From positions 900,001-932,000 of the forward strand of contig CBDCNV010000002.1 of assembly GCA_965219535.1 (NCBI GenBank): a DNA stretch of 32,000 nt, in the 5' to 3' direction. Positions 1 to 9,124 of the stretch are shown one piece after another (the first letter of the stretch is position 1; every line of letters starts with the position of its first letter). Position numbers and translations under genes: made by a program. The notes under the pieces are model-generated. The model had not been told where the DNA came from and searched no databases. It saw nothing but the letters and a program-made list of their open reading frames with translations. The DNA is from Opitutales bacterium. Lineage in GTDB: Bacteria > Verrucomicrobiota > Verrucomicrobiia > Opitutales > PNEW01.

Positions 1-331
1 CTACTGTCTGCTGCGCATCGGGTGGAACGTGGACATTCTTATGGTAAGGCCAGATGTCAAACATGCCATAGTCGGCACACGGGTTTTCACGCTGAAAGGT
101 GAAGAAATCCGGGTAGGCAAAGAACTCCGATTCTCGTTCTCGATAGCGATCATAGAATGCCGTCACATATGACATGATGAGAGTGATGGCGCCAATGCCT
201 TCGAGCCGATGGGGGGTCACGATGCCGACACGATCCGTATCCTGAACGGACGAAAAAAACTCAGCATGCTGGACGGCCTTTCCACGCCACGTGATCTTGA
301 AATCGGTGCCACGGATGCTGCTGCTGTGCAT
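1..331 (-). CDS. Hypothetical protein, partial (3' end runs off the left edge of the window)
   Basis: Absent from the ORF track because it has no stop in the window. ATG at 331-329 (minus), in-frame stop just upstream at 370-368, then open to position 1 (about 110 codons: MHSSSIRGTDFKITWRGKAVQHAEFF...DIWPYHKNVHVPPDAQQTV). Same strand as the HEAT-repeat gene and 66 nt downstream of it. No family recognised. Confidence 0.45.
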   Translation of the reverse strand, partial: MHSSSIRGTDFKITWRGKAVQHAEFFSSVQDTDRVGIVTPHRLEGIGAITLIMSYVTAFYDRYRERESEFFAYPDFFTFQRENPCADYGMFDIWPYHKNVHVPPDAQQTV

Positions 332-397
332 GAAAGGTCGAACAAGTGAACCTGAAGTTCTACATACTCACGAATCTGATCTCCACTCTCGCTCTAT

Positions 398-1522
398 TCA
401 GGTTCCTGACTTACGGGCGAAGCGGACGACACAGGGATTCGGATCGTGGAGTGCTATCTCGAAAAGGGACCGGTTGGCATTGCGATCAAGGCGCCCCATG
501 AGGGCTGCCGTCTCAAGGCGGACGGCCGCGCTTGGATCCTTCAGCCCCTGCTCAAACCATCGCACTGCTCCCTGACTGTCGTGCCTGGCGAGTGCTGCCG
601 TGGCCGCAGCACGGATTCGGTCGTCGTCTGACTCGACGAGCGGCATCAAGATACTGCAATCTATTTCATCGCAGTGAACCATCCCTTGGAGCGCGGCGAC
701 GCGGACATCTCTCGACTCATCATCCATGAAGAGCAGACACCAGTCGAATAAATCAGGGACCTTCATCTCGGTCAGGCGCTTCAACCCGCGGACGCGACGT
801 TTTGTATTGGTAGACTCCAAACAATCAATTGCTTCCTCCTGAGGTTTAACCTTTGGATGTTCCTGCACCGGCGGCTCTTTTTTTACCTTTAGCCGCGGGC
901 GACTCAATTCCAGTTTCACGAGATCGACATTAGCATCGCGGAAGAATTCCGGAAGCCATTGCCGCGCCTTTTTCAAAAACTCGTTGGGGTCCGTTCCGCG
1001 TTCGGGTTGAAAGGTAATGCGATGATGATGCCAGCGCCACAGGCGTACGAGACCAGGATGACGTGGATTGACGCCTTCTGAAAGTCGGAGACCAAGCAAC
1101 TCGTTCACCCAGTCTGCCAGCTCATGGGGTGTGTTCAGTTCGACGATACGCTTCAGCTTCTTACAATGGGCCGCTGGAGTAAGACCATCAGGTGATTTCG
1201 CGTCATGTTGAATCTGTTGGCGCAATAATCTGCATGCCTCGGGATCGGAAAAAACGTCGTCGAGTTCAGCCGATAGCTCCTTAAGTATCGCGCGCCACCG
1301 CCGACTTTTTTTAGCGAGTCGAAGAAGTGTGGCAATAGCATGAATAGCTGGAACCTTGACACGTGTCCTTGGCTCATGGGCAGCCTGGAACACCTTTCGC
1401 CATAGAGGCATATCCAGGACATGACTCCGGCAAGGGCAGATATTCCGCATCACCTTTGACTGCTCTTCGCATGAACCCTCCTCGAGGGCTCGGTTAAGTT
1501 GCGCTATATTGTATGAGGGCAT
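398..1522 (-). CDS. HEAT-repeat protein of unknown function
   Basis: 374-aa ORF with ATG at 1522. The C-terminal third has degenerate HEAT/PBS-lyase-like repeats (DESRDVRVAALQGM, DDDRIRAAATAAL, DPSAAVRLETAAL, DPNPCVVRFA). The N-terminus has an ICPCRSH motif. Confidence 0.6.
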   Translation of the reverse strand: MPSYNIAQLNRALEEGSCEEQSKVMRNICPCRSHVLDMPLWRKVFQAAHEPRTRVKVPAIHAIATLLRLAKKSRRWRAILKELSAELDDVFSDPEACRLLRQQIQHDAKSPDGLTPAAHCKKLKRIVELNTPHELADWVNELLGLRLSEGVNPRHPGLVRLWRWHHHRITFQPERGTDPNEFLKKARQWLPEFFRDANVDLVKLELSRPRLKVKKEPPVQEHPKVKPQEEAIDCLESTNTKRRVRGLKRLTEMKVPDLFDWCLLFMDDESRDVRVAALQGMVHCDEIDCSILMPLVESDDDRIRAAATAALARHDSQGAVRWFEQGLKDPSAAVRLETAALMGRLDRNANRSLFEIALHDPNPCVVRFARKSGT

Positions 1523-1626
1523 CAGAGATAACCAACTAGAAAGGGGTAGGGTTGATTTATACGATAAATTTAGCTCTGAAGTCTCGACAGGTCAATATCT
1601 GATTAGCAGTGTCTCTGGCTGGTCAT

Positions 1627-2139
1627 TTATTCCGCTAATGGATCTAACTCGAACACATCAAGTATGGTACGAGTTGCACCGAGCAATCGAACTATCTTAC
1701 CATCGATGGTTATAAGTTCTGAACCCTTGGGTGACGGCGGAAGCATTTTTCTAAGCTCGTCGGGTAGTGGTTGAGCTGCATTATAAACATCAGCAGACAT
1801 TACCTCGCCACGAGCTATTTTCATTTGCCATCCTGGAGGTAAATCTCCGCCTCTGTTCACTTTTTTTGCTAAACCGGGAGGTAAAGTTTTCTTCTTATTT
1901 ATTTTATTCCCCTTTGATCCCTTAGGCCTGCTTTGCTCGATGTACTTTTCAATAATTTCCTTTTCTCCAATATTTATTTCAAATTTTATCCAGGGATCAG
2001 ATTTCTTGTCATTTGATGAGTTTAATGCCGGAGCTTGCTCGGAAACTTCTAATTTCTTCTGACTACCTTTTCCCTTTTTTGCATGAGCTGACCCTAACAA
2101 AAGCAAAGAAATTACAAAAATAATGAGCACGTATTTCAT
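1627..2139 (-). CDS. Small secreted protein with LPPG motifs (RcnB/CigR-like)
   Basis: I trimmed the ORF track entry (1627..2247) to the internal ATG at 2139. That start gives a classic signal peptide (MKYVLIIFVISLLLLGSAHA). The rest has a Lys/Gly-rich region, then LPPGLAKK and LPPGW motifs and a C-terminal beta-like segment, as I recall for CigR/RcnB-type periplasmic proteins. Confidence 0.55.
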   Translation of the reverse strand: MKYVLIIFVISLLLLGSAHAKKGKGSQKKLEVSEQAPALNSSNDKKSDPWIKFEINIGEKEIIEKYIEQSRPKGSKGNKINKKKTLPPGLAKKVNRGGDLPPGWQMKIARGEVMSADVYNAAQPLPDELRKMLPPSPKGSELITIDGKIVRLLGATRTILDVFELDPLAE

Positions 2140-2819
2140 ATACCTGTTAGACAGAATTATTAATAGGGGAGAAAGACTGTATTTTTTGCCAGGGAGTATT
2201 AATATCTTCGAATGCTGATAGCTTAGAGTCTTCAGTCTGATAGGCAACTACAATAGACGGGGGTTACTGCAGCGAAATTCTAGAAGTAGAATACAAAGTG
2301 GTCATGATAAACAGTGAACAAATGCTGATACGCGTCAATAGGTTACCCGCCGTCACTCTATCGAGTTATGGTGTGGCATGAAAAAGTCAAAAAGGGAATA
2401 GCGATTAGTGCATAGTGCATTTTGGGTTTTAAATATCATTGATTCAACTGCACCTGTATTAGAAACGATATGAATTAAGTATTGGCGCCGCGTGATCCTT
2501 GATTGCCTCTCTCAAAATAAAATTTCTGCAAGAATATCTAAGGCAAATTACATAGTTATCCCTATAACTTTACAGGGTTTTATGGATAAAGATGGGCGGC
2601 TTTTTGTTCGTTATTTAATTTAGATTTTAAACGGAGGATTAAAATAACTTTAAAACATAATATAAGTAATATTACCCATGAAAATGCGGTGTTTACCCGA
2701 TTCCTTTTTATTAGAAATTATGATATTATCTAATCATAGCATTAGTAAAATTAATGTAAAAAATTCACCACTACCTGTATATCGTAAACTAACCGAAGAA
2801 AAAATCACTTTTAAAGCAC

Positions 2820-3320
2820 ATGAAAAATTCAGCAATAGATCGCTTAACCCTTACGGGTCAAGAAGATAAATCATCTATAACGGCCATAGAAAAACCTGTG
2901 AACAAAAGGGAATCAGGATTTACCCTCGTTGAGATGATCGTCGCCACGATGGTAATGGCTTTTGTTTTTGCCGGGTCTTTTAACTGTTTGGGACATGGTT
3001 TTTCGATTATCGAAAAAGCAAGAGACACCCGCAGGTTATCTCAAATCTTGCAGAGCGAACTAGAGGATATAAGAAGCCTCAATTGGACGGCAATTAGTGC
3101 TATGGCGACACCGGCGACTTTTGCCATTCAGTCAAACTTCAGTGCGCAGTACGGGGAACGCTATACATGCACCCGCACAATCGAGGATCTCAAGGCCGAT
3201 CAGAAAAAAATTACCGTCAGTGCCGCCTGGACAGATTACACCGGCGCGAGTCACGACCTCAGCTATTTCACTTACATAACGAAAGAAGGGCTATATGACT
3301 ACTACTACAAATCATTCTAA
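2820..3320 (+). CDS. Prepilin-type N-terminal cleavage/methylation domain protein (T2SS/T4P-like minor pseudopilin)
   Basis: Carries the ESG|FTLVEMIVATMVMAFVFAG motif: G-F-T-L-x-E followed by a hydrophobic helix. From the ATG at 2820 the leader is unusually long (33 aa). An in-frame GTG at 2898 would give a typical short leader (VNKRESG|FTLVE). Confidence 0.8.
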   Translation: MKNSAIDRLTLTGQEDKSSITAIEKPVNKRESGFTLVEMIVATMVMAFVFAGSFNCLGHGFSIIEKARDTRRLSQILQSELEDIRSLNWTAISAMATPATFAIQSNFSAQYGERYTCTRTIEDLKADQKKITVSAAWTDYTGASHDLSYFTYITKEGLYDYYYKSF

Positions 3321-3846
3321 AAACAAACGTTCGAACAAACGCGGTTATACGCTCGTAGAAATCATGGTTTCTATGAGTATCATGTCGCTCGTTTTATCAG
3401 GTGTAACTTCGAGTTTCACCTTTCTAACGAAAAGCGCCTTAGGGCTGGGTAATTATGTAGTAATGAACCAGGACAGCCGGAAGGGTCTGGAGTTACTCTC
3501 ACGTGATATTCGCATGGCGAGCGATATCCTTATTATGACCGATGACAATTTAGTGATCAGTGTACCCACCGGCGGCGGTGGCACCAAGGTTATCGACGAT
3601 GCATATGAAGCTGAGCAGGGTCGGGTCTTTCGTGAAGAGGGGGGAACCAATACATCGATCTTAAAGGATATCGAAGATTTTGATTTTAATTATTACACTT
3701 TTCTCGGAGCAGTGACCACGAACGAACTGGAAGTAAAAGAGGTACAGGTTGAAGCTCAAATGATGAAGGAAGTTTATAACGTTGAAAATACCAGCCATCT
3801 GATTTCAGCCAGATATATGATGCGCAATAAATCAGTTAACAACTGA
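3295..3846 (+). CDS. Prepilin-type N-terminal cleavage/methylation domain protein (GspJ/PulJ-like minor pseudopilin)
   Basis: Carries the KRG|YTLVEIMVSMSIMSLVLSG motif. AAGGG lies upstream of the ATG at 3295. Overlaps the preceding gene by 26 nt, which suggests an operon. Confidence 0.8.
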   Translation: MTTTTNHSKNKRSNKRGYTLVEIMVSMSIMSLVLSGVTSSFTFLTKSALGLGNYVVMNQDSRKGLELLSRDIRMASDILIMTDDNLVISVPTGGGGTKVIDDAYEAEQGRVFREEGGTNTSILKDIEDFDFNYYTFLGAVTTNELEVKEVQVEAQMMKEVYNVENTSHLISARYMMRNKSVNN

Positions 3847-3850
3847 TCAA

Positions 3851-5206
3851 ATGATGAATATGAAAAACAAATCTTTTCCTATAGACAAAAACCGAGGTTC
3901 AGCTCTTGTCGCGGCTGTAATATTCGCATTACTTGCCGGAGCATTGGTAGGCAGTTTCCTCAAGCTTTCAACGAACGAATACCGGAGCGCAAGCTCAGCC
4001 TTCTATTACAATTCCCTTCTCAACCTCGCCGAGGCGGGAGCGGAAGAAGCTGCATGGCGTCTTAATAATGATGACTGGGATACATGGGATGAAAAAAATG
4101 CATTACACCAGGTCAAACAATATACAGATTTGAATATTGGGCCCTATGTGGCAGGTGATATTAGTGTCCTTGCGATCAACTACGACTCCGATACACCGAC
4201 GCTCATTGTCGAGGGGAAAACACAGTTGCCTTCAAGCAGATCCATTTTAAAACAAATAGAAATAGAACTGTCGAAACGGTCGCTTTTTGCGAATGGGCTG
4301 ACCGCCAAGGATACCCTTACCTTTTCCGGTGGGGTTGCTAAAGTGGACAGTTATGATTCAGGAGACGGCGATTACGACAGTTTTTTTAACCGCAACGACA
4401 ACGGCAGTATCGCCAGCATGTCAGTGATAATTGATGCCGTTGATGTCGCTAACGCGGAGATTTATGGCTATGTCGCCACGGGTGGTGCCGATCCCAGCGT
4501 AGGACCTAATGGGAAAATTTACGGTGCGGACACCCCTGAGGAAACGGACGTCGATTTGAATCGAATATCAACTGATTTTTACGCGGAGTTTAAAGATGTC
4601 GATGCCCCCACCCTGGTATCACCGGACACCGCAATGGAAATCAGTGGCACCCTGACAATCGGTGACCCGAGTGGTTTTAACGAAGAACATTTTCATCTCG
4701 ATTCTCTCGACATTGCATCCAATGAGACGCTGATCATCGACGGACCGGTCATTATTGTTGTCGATGATTTTGTCGATATAAACGGCGACATACAAGTAAC
4801 AGCAAATGGATCTGTAACTTTTTACGTGGAAGGCGATTTTGATATCGATGGCAACGGTACGGTGAATAATACAAATTCACCCTCGAGTTTTGTTCTCTAC
4901 GGAACGAATGATACGCCCGGGGATCAGGAATTTAACTTACATGGTAACGGTGCATTGCGTGGTGCGGTCTACGCGCCCAATGCCGATCTCTCTTTAAGTG
5001 GTGGTGGTAGCTCGGGTGAATTTCTCGGGGCGGCGGTTTCTTACCAGATATCGATCAATGGTAATTATGATTTCCATTATGATGAGCAGCTGGAAGACTT
5101 TTTCGGGTCGGATCCCTCCTATAAAATGACCGCGTGGCGCGAGCTTACGGACAATGCTGATCGTATTCCATTTGATGATATTGACAATTACCTTGATACA
5201 CTGTGA
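3851..5206 (+). CDS. Large minor-pseudopilin-like protein (GspK/PilX-N-like N-terminus, long beta-rich C-terminal domain)
   Basis: Starts 4 nt after the previous stop. The N-terminus (NRGSALVAAVIFALLAGALVGSFL) resembles GspK/PilX N-termini, which lack the G-F-T-L-x-E motif. The C-terminal region has repetitive G/D/N-rich beta-like segments ending in GAVYAPNADLSLSGGGS...GAAVSYQISINGN, as I recall from TadG/PilX-like pilus tip proteins. Confidence 0.6.
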   Translation: MMNMKNKSFPIDKNRGSALVAAVIFALLAGALVGSFLKLSTNEYRSASSAFYYNSLLNLAEAGAEEAAWRLNNDDWDTWDEKNALHQVKQYTDLNIGPYVAGDISVLAINYDSDTPTLIVEGKTQLPSSRSILKQIEIELSKRSLFANGLTAKDTLTFSGGVAKVDSYDSGDGDYDSFFNRNDNGSIASMSVIIDAVDVANAEIYGYVATGGADPSVGPNGKIYGADTPEETDVDLNRISTDFYAEFKDVDAPTLVSPDTAMEISGTLTIGDPSGFNEEHFHLDSLDIASNETLIIDGPVIIVVDDFVDINGDIQVTANGSVTFYVEGDFDIDGNGTVNNTNSPSSFVLYGTNDTPGDQEFNLHGNGALRGAVYAPNADLSLSGGGSSGEFLGAAVSYQISINGNYDFHYDEQLEDFFGSDPSYKMTAWRELTDNADRIPFDDIDNYLDTL

Positions 5207-5308
5207 TCACTATTGCTAGTGCGCTTAGCTTCCGGGTGATTAGCTGGAAGCAAGGCGCGCTGGCCATGAAAAGGATGTTCTTAATTTTGTTATTTCCCAT
5301 CTTTGCCA

Positions 5309-6391
5309 TCACATAACGAGTTCCCAGGATGATTTCTTTAAATGGAGAAATTCCGCCAACCGCGCAACCTCTGCCTCTACTTCCGAGCGAAAGTCACGAC
5401 CCTTTGGACGTTGTTTAACATAGCCAAGTTCTACGCTCAACTTTCCATCCACCACATCGGCATTTGCCCACCCTATAACCGAGTCGACCCAGAGAAGGGG
5501 CATGGCATAGTAACCGCGGAGGCGATATGCTTTTGGTGTATAAGCTTCAAAGCGATAAGTCCACTGCCATAGATGCTCAAAGCGATCGCGATCCCTGACC
5601 AGGGGATCGAATGGGGCTAAAAAACGGACCTGCCGCGGTGGATCATTGTGAATTTTTCTAGGTCTTGGCCATACATAAGTTAGACCGTCAATAGTTTGTT
5701 TTTCAAACTCTCCCGTCTGAATCATACTGTGTAATATCGCCTTACGCTCAGCGGTAGAAGGAATTAAATACCTGAAGTAAACGGTAATAGAGAGCAGAAA
5801 TTTTTCATTCACGGGAGCGAGAATATTCGCCACCACACGGACGATTTCTCGAAAGCGATCTTCCGGTGAGTGTGAATGCTTGGGAAGCGTAGCCGCTTCA
5901 TAGACGCGAATCCCATTTTCACGTTTCGCTACGCGAAGAAGGCCGCGGTGGTGCAGACCCTCGAGTGCGCGCTTCGTTGCCTTGGAGTAACCACCCCAGC
6001 CATTGACGACGCGTTCATCTCCGAAATATTCTTTTAAATCTCGCGGGTGTACCGGCCCGGATTTTCGTACTACCTTAAGTACCTTCCGCTGCAGATCGTC
6101 CATAGCTTTAGTAATCTTTCTTGGGTGCAATAGATTTGAAATGTTCCGCGGGAGATAGCCGTAAGCAAAGAGTCCATCTTCCTCGACATTCATTTTTGGG
6201 TATCGCCGATCAAGATCTCCAGCGCGATAACCTTTAACCCGATGACGCAGGATTAAATCCTGAGCGCGCGCCGGTGAGCGAATCGGGTCAGCCTGAACAA
6301 ACCCAAGACGATTTATTGCAGTCTTCAAAGTTGTCGGTCGGAACAAGGAATGAGAAATCGCATGATTTCTTAATTGATCGATTCGAGTCAT
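5309..6391 (-). CDS. YcaQ-family winged-helix protein (AlkZ-like DNA glycosylase family)
   Basis: 360 aa. The N-terminal motifs RLGFVQADPIRSPARAQDLILRHRV..YRAGDLD and the overall length match my memory of the YcaQ/DUF1006 family. Confidence 0.8.
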   Translation of the reverse strand: MTRIDQLRNHAISHSLFRPTTLKTAINRLGFVQADPIRSPARAQDLILRHRVKGYRAGDLDRRYPKMNVEEDGLFAYGYLPRNISNLLHPRKITKAMDDLQRKVLKVVRKSGPVHPRDLKEYFGDERVVNGWGGYSKATKRALEGLHHRGLLRVAKRENGIRVYEAATLPKHSHSPEDRFREIVRVVANILAPVNEKFLLSITVYFRYLIPSTAERKAILHSMIQTGEFEKQTIDGLTYVWPRPRKIHNDPPRQVRFLAPFDPLVRDRDRFEHLWQWTYRFEAYTPKAYRLRGYYAMPLLWVDSVIGWANADVVDGKLSVELGYVKQRPKGRDFRSEVEAEVARLAEFLHLKKSSWELVM

Positions 6392-6611
6392 TTTTCCTTA
6401 GAGCTGTAACAAAGGGGTTGTGTCGATTTATTTGTAATAAAGTATTCGAGCAAGCAATAAGAGTGTAATGTCGACGATTATCGTATAGTCACTTCATAAA
6501 ATGTGCTTTCGGTCATACGGTATTACTCACCTTCTATCATTCCAAGCATCATTGCTTCCGGAACCTCCCAACCTTTGACTTTCGACTAGCCTTTCCATAA
6601 AAACGAAATAA

Positions 6612-7835
6612 ATGGGAATCAGTATTGGATTAGTCGGCCTTGGATCGTTCGGACAAGTGTTCGCCGATCTTTTTCGAAGTCATCCCGGGGTGGACCGTAT
6701 CGCCCTCTGCGACCGAGAGCCGGAAAGAATGGACGCGATCGCCTCGCGACCTCAATGGGACAGGAAATTCAATACACGCGACAAGTACAATACCCTGGAA
6801 GAAATGCTTAAGACTGATGTCGATGCGGTAGCCATCATTACCCAGCATTGGCTCCATGCACCCCAATGTATCCAGGCGATGGAGGCGGGCAAACACGTCT
6901 ACAGTGCCGTGCCGGTCATCACTGTGCCCGACGCCGACGAAATTCTCGATTGGTGTGAACGGATTGTCGAAACATGCCGGCGCACAGGCCAATTCTACAT
7001 GTTGGGAGAGACAACGTATTATCATGCCGACACTATGTTCTGCCGGCGCAAGGCTGCTGAAAATGCATTTGGTCACTTCGTCTACGCTGAAGGGGAGTAT
7101 TTCCATGATGTTGACGCCAGCTGCAACTTGCGTGAGGTCATCTACATGCGAACAGCGAGCACCTCGGGTAAGGAATGGCTCGAAAACAAGCGCCGCTACC
7201 AGGCTGCTGGAATTTTGGATGGTCCGATGCATTATCCCACGCACTCAACCAGCGGCCCGGTTTCGGTGATGAATGCACATGCGGAGAAGGTCACAGCCTA
7301 CGGGTACAAAAACAAGAATGATGATCCTTATTTTGCCGACGATGCGTTCAGCAATGAAGTTGCCCTCTTTCAGATGTCAAACGGGGCGTCAGTTCGCATC
7401 TGCGAGTTCCGAGAACTGGCCGGCTCTTTCCACAGGGGAGAGACGTTCCGTATTGTTGGCACACGCGGAACTTATGCGGAAAACACATGGAAAGAAAACT
7501 TTCGCACCGATTCCTCACCGGCGAGACCTTTGGCGACAACGCCGTTGACCGACGAAGAGATGCGGGATCCATTGCCGTCGGAGGTGGCGCACGCCTTTAA
7601 GCAGATTGAGGACCCGAAAGCAGAGGATGATTCCGATTTCACACCCAAGGGGCACGGCGGCTCACATCCCTATCTCGTAAATGAGTTTGTCGATGCGATT
7701 ACCCATCAACGCCAACCGGCGACTAATGCCTGGGAAGCCACGCGTTACACGGTCATGGGAGCGATGGCGCATAAGTCAGCGCTTCGCAATGGGGAGACCC
7801 TGGACGTACCCGATTTTGGAGACGCGCCGCAATAA
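6612..7835 (+). CDS. Gfo/Idh/MocA-family NAD(P)-dependent oxidoreductase
   Basis: N-terminal Rossmann motif IGLVGLGSFGQVF, followed by ...AVAIITQHWLHAPQCIQAMEAGKHVYSAVP, the typical family core. 407 aa. Confidence 0.85.
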   Translation: MGISIGLVGLGSFGQVFADLFRSHPGVDRIALCDREPERMDAIASRPQWDRKFNTRDKYNTLEEMLKTDVDAVAIITQHWLHAPQCIQAMEAGKHVYSAVPVITVPDADEILDWCERIVETCRRTGQFYMLGETTYYHADTMFCRRKAAENAFGHFVYAEGEYFHDVDASCNLREVIYMRTASTSGKEWLENKRRYQAAGILDGPMHYPTHSTSGPVSVMNAHAEKVTAYGYKNKNDDPYFADDAFSNEVALFQMSNGASVRICEFRELAGSFHRGETFRIVGTRGTYAENTWKENFRTDSSPARPLATTPLTDEEMRDPLPSEVAHAFKQIEDPKAEDDSDFTPKGHGGSHPYLVNEFVDAITHQRQPATNAWEATRYTVMGAMAHKSALRNGETLDVPDFGDAPQ

Positions 7836-7874
7836 TTAGTAATTAAAAATCGACGTAACCTCTTAAGACCCGCT

Positions 7875-8261
7875 CTACGGTTGCCGCTGACCGAGACAAT
7901 AACACAGTCCATCTGGGGCAATGACAAAAAAGACCCGAAAGGATGTCTCTCCGTGTTGGTCAATACGGTATCCCGCGTCGTCTCGATCAAGGCCATTTGA
8001 CTGCAATTCATTAAAGGCAGCTTCAATATCATCGACTTCAAAGAAACAGCCCTCCTGGGTGGGATCACCACCATTCTCCGCGAGACCAATCTGTATACTA
8101 TCTCTTCCCAGGACCGCTGATTTGCACGGCGCGTCCGTTCGTGACAGTACCTGGAACCCCATCACGGTTTGGTAAAAAGGTAGCGCAGTGTCGACACTTT
8201 CGACTGGCAGGTTCATCGCGTCATCTGCATACGGTGAGGCTTTATTGAATATTGCTGCCAT
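7875..8261 (-). CDS. VOC-family (glyoxalase/bleomycin-resistance fold) protein
   Basis: I trimmed the track ORF (7875..8450) to the ATG at 8261, which is preceded by AGGAGA. The upstream extension runs into repeat DNA. The 128-aa product (MAAIFNK...ALPFYQTVMGFQV...) has the VOC beta-alpha-beta pattern. Confidence 0.7.
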   Translation of the reverse strand: MAAIFNKASPYADDAMNLPVESVDTALPFYQTVMGFQVLSRTDAPCKSAVLGRDSIQIGLAENGGDPTQEGCFFEVDDIEAAFNELQSNGLDRDDAGYRIDQHGETSFRVFFVIAPDGLCYCLGQRQP

Positions 8262-8430
8262 GATTTCTCCTCTACTGAAATAACATAAAATTAGCTGACA
8301 AACTCTATATAAATTTTCGGTTATTGTTGGGATAAAGGCAACATTCAAAAATTTATCAAATCGGCTGACCTCTTCCAACTTCTTGCATGACAGGCCATTC
8401 GTTGTCACTTGCTCTATGAACAGGGTTACC

Positions 8431-8598
8431 TGCACCCCTTCAGGGTGCATATTTAATTATCCCTTTACCAGGGGTTAGCACCCCTGGCTAAATACCTTCA
8501 CCCCTCCGGGGTGATAGATTGACTAAAAGTTCACTGCACAGATCACCTACACTTTTCTATTCAATCGACAATCGCATATCCGCAATCCGCCATCGACA
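8431..8598. repeat. Copy 1 of a ~168-bp hairpin-rich direct repeat
   Basis: Aligns by eye with 8951..9116 at roughly nine-tenths identity. Contains three GC-rich hairpins (8431-8449 tgcaccc/gggtgca; 8468-8487 ccagggg/cccctgg; 8499-8513 cacccc/ggggtg) and a caatcg-rich tail. Confidence 0.9.
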
Positions 8599-8694
8599 CC
8601 TGCCTCATCGTCTTCGTCCATTTGTCAGTTATGACGCCCTGTATAATATTACCAGATACCTAACACGCTTCTTCAGTTACAACTCACTCAAACG

Positions 8695-8723
8695 CGCTAG
8701 GGACAGCGCGTTCCACCTTAATA
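8695..8723. repeat. Dispersed repeat motif X (cgctagggacagcgcgttccaccttaata)
   Basis: 27 of 29 nt identical to 14416..14444. Confidence 0.85.
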
Positions 8724-8806
8724 TTGTTTGTTCAAACTAACTTAGACGAAGACGTAGACACTGACGAAGACGAAGATTGGGAATCTATCACTGCACCAAT
8801 CATCAC

Positions 8807-8835
8807 TCACTGCACCCAACGGGTGCAAAGGTTAG
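8807..8835. repeat. Dispersed repeat motif Y (hairpin tgcaccc-aac-gggtgca followed by aaggttag)
   Basis: Near-identical to 14228..14256. The stem is kept in both copies (see findings). Confidence 0.85.
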
Positions 8836-8950
8836 TAGCCAGAGGTGTAGCGATGCGAAACCTCTGGACATAAGAATATAAAATCCCCCGCCCTGAAGGG
8901 GCGGCGGTAAATACATATCGTTTTAGGATAAATTTGTAATTGATACCCCG

Positions 8951-9116
8951 GCGCCCCTTCAGGGCGCGTTATTTAAATCCCTTTACCAGGGGTTAGCACC
9001 CCTGGCTAAATACCTTCACCCCTCCGGGGTGATAGATTGACTAAAAGCTTCATGCACAGATCACCTACACTTTTCTATTCAATCGACAATCGGATATCCG
9101 CAATCGGCAATCGACA
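8951..9116. repeat. Copy 2 of the ~168-bp hairpin-rich direct repeat
   Basis: Same three hairpins (8951-8967, 8986-9005, 9017-9031) and the same caatcg-rich tail, including a perfect cggatatccg palindrome. Ends 8 nt before the tauD-like stop codon. Confidence 0.9.
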
Positions 9117-9124
9117 GGGTCCCA

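Noticed and set aside
1627-2247. Full-length versions of track ORFs with N-terminal extensions (1627..2247, 7875..8450, 13361..14200, 23650..24264, 10540..11409).
   Set aside because: Internal ATGs give canonical N-termini (a signal peptide, a Shine-Dalgarno-preceded start, or a family-typical first motif). The extensions either use TTG or run into intergenic or repeat sequence.
5228-5251. Hairpin gcttcc-N12-ggaagc between the convergent pseudopilin and ycaQ-family genes, as a bidirectional terminator.
   Set aside because: It has only a 6-bp stem with a 12-nt loop and no flanking T- or A-tracts, which is too weak to call.
6630-8175. Long ORFs antisense to or overlapping the Gfo/Idh/MocA and VOC genes (6630..7244, 6856..7269, 7273..7548, 7348..7572, 7745..8089, 7921..8175).
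   Set aside because: They are Arg/Ser/Pro-rich, low-complexity translations with no motifs, and lie opposite or out of frame to a gene with clear family signatures. These are typical shadow ORFs in GC-richer DNA. The same applies to 291..575, 446..631, 532..729, 9158..9451, 9525..9722, 9656..9953, 10741..11016, 11143..11541, 13975..14193 and 25499..25870.
8519-8740. 73-aa ORF inside the tandem repeat, and the 66-aa ORF 14347..14547 inside the second repeat locus.
   Set aside because: Both are composed of repeat and hairpin modules, have no ribosome-binding context and have odd compositions. They are better explained as non-coding repeat DNA.
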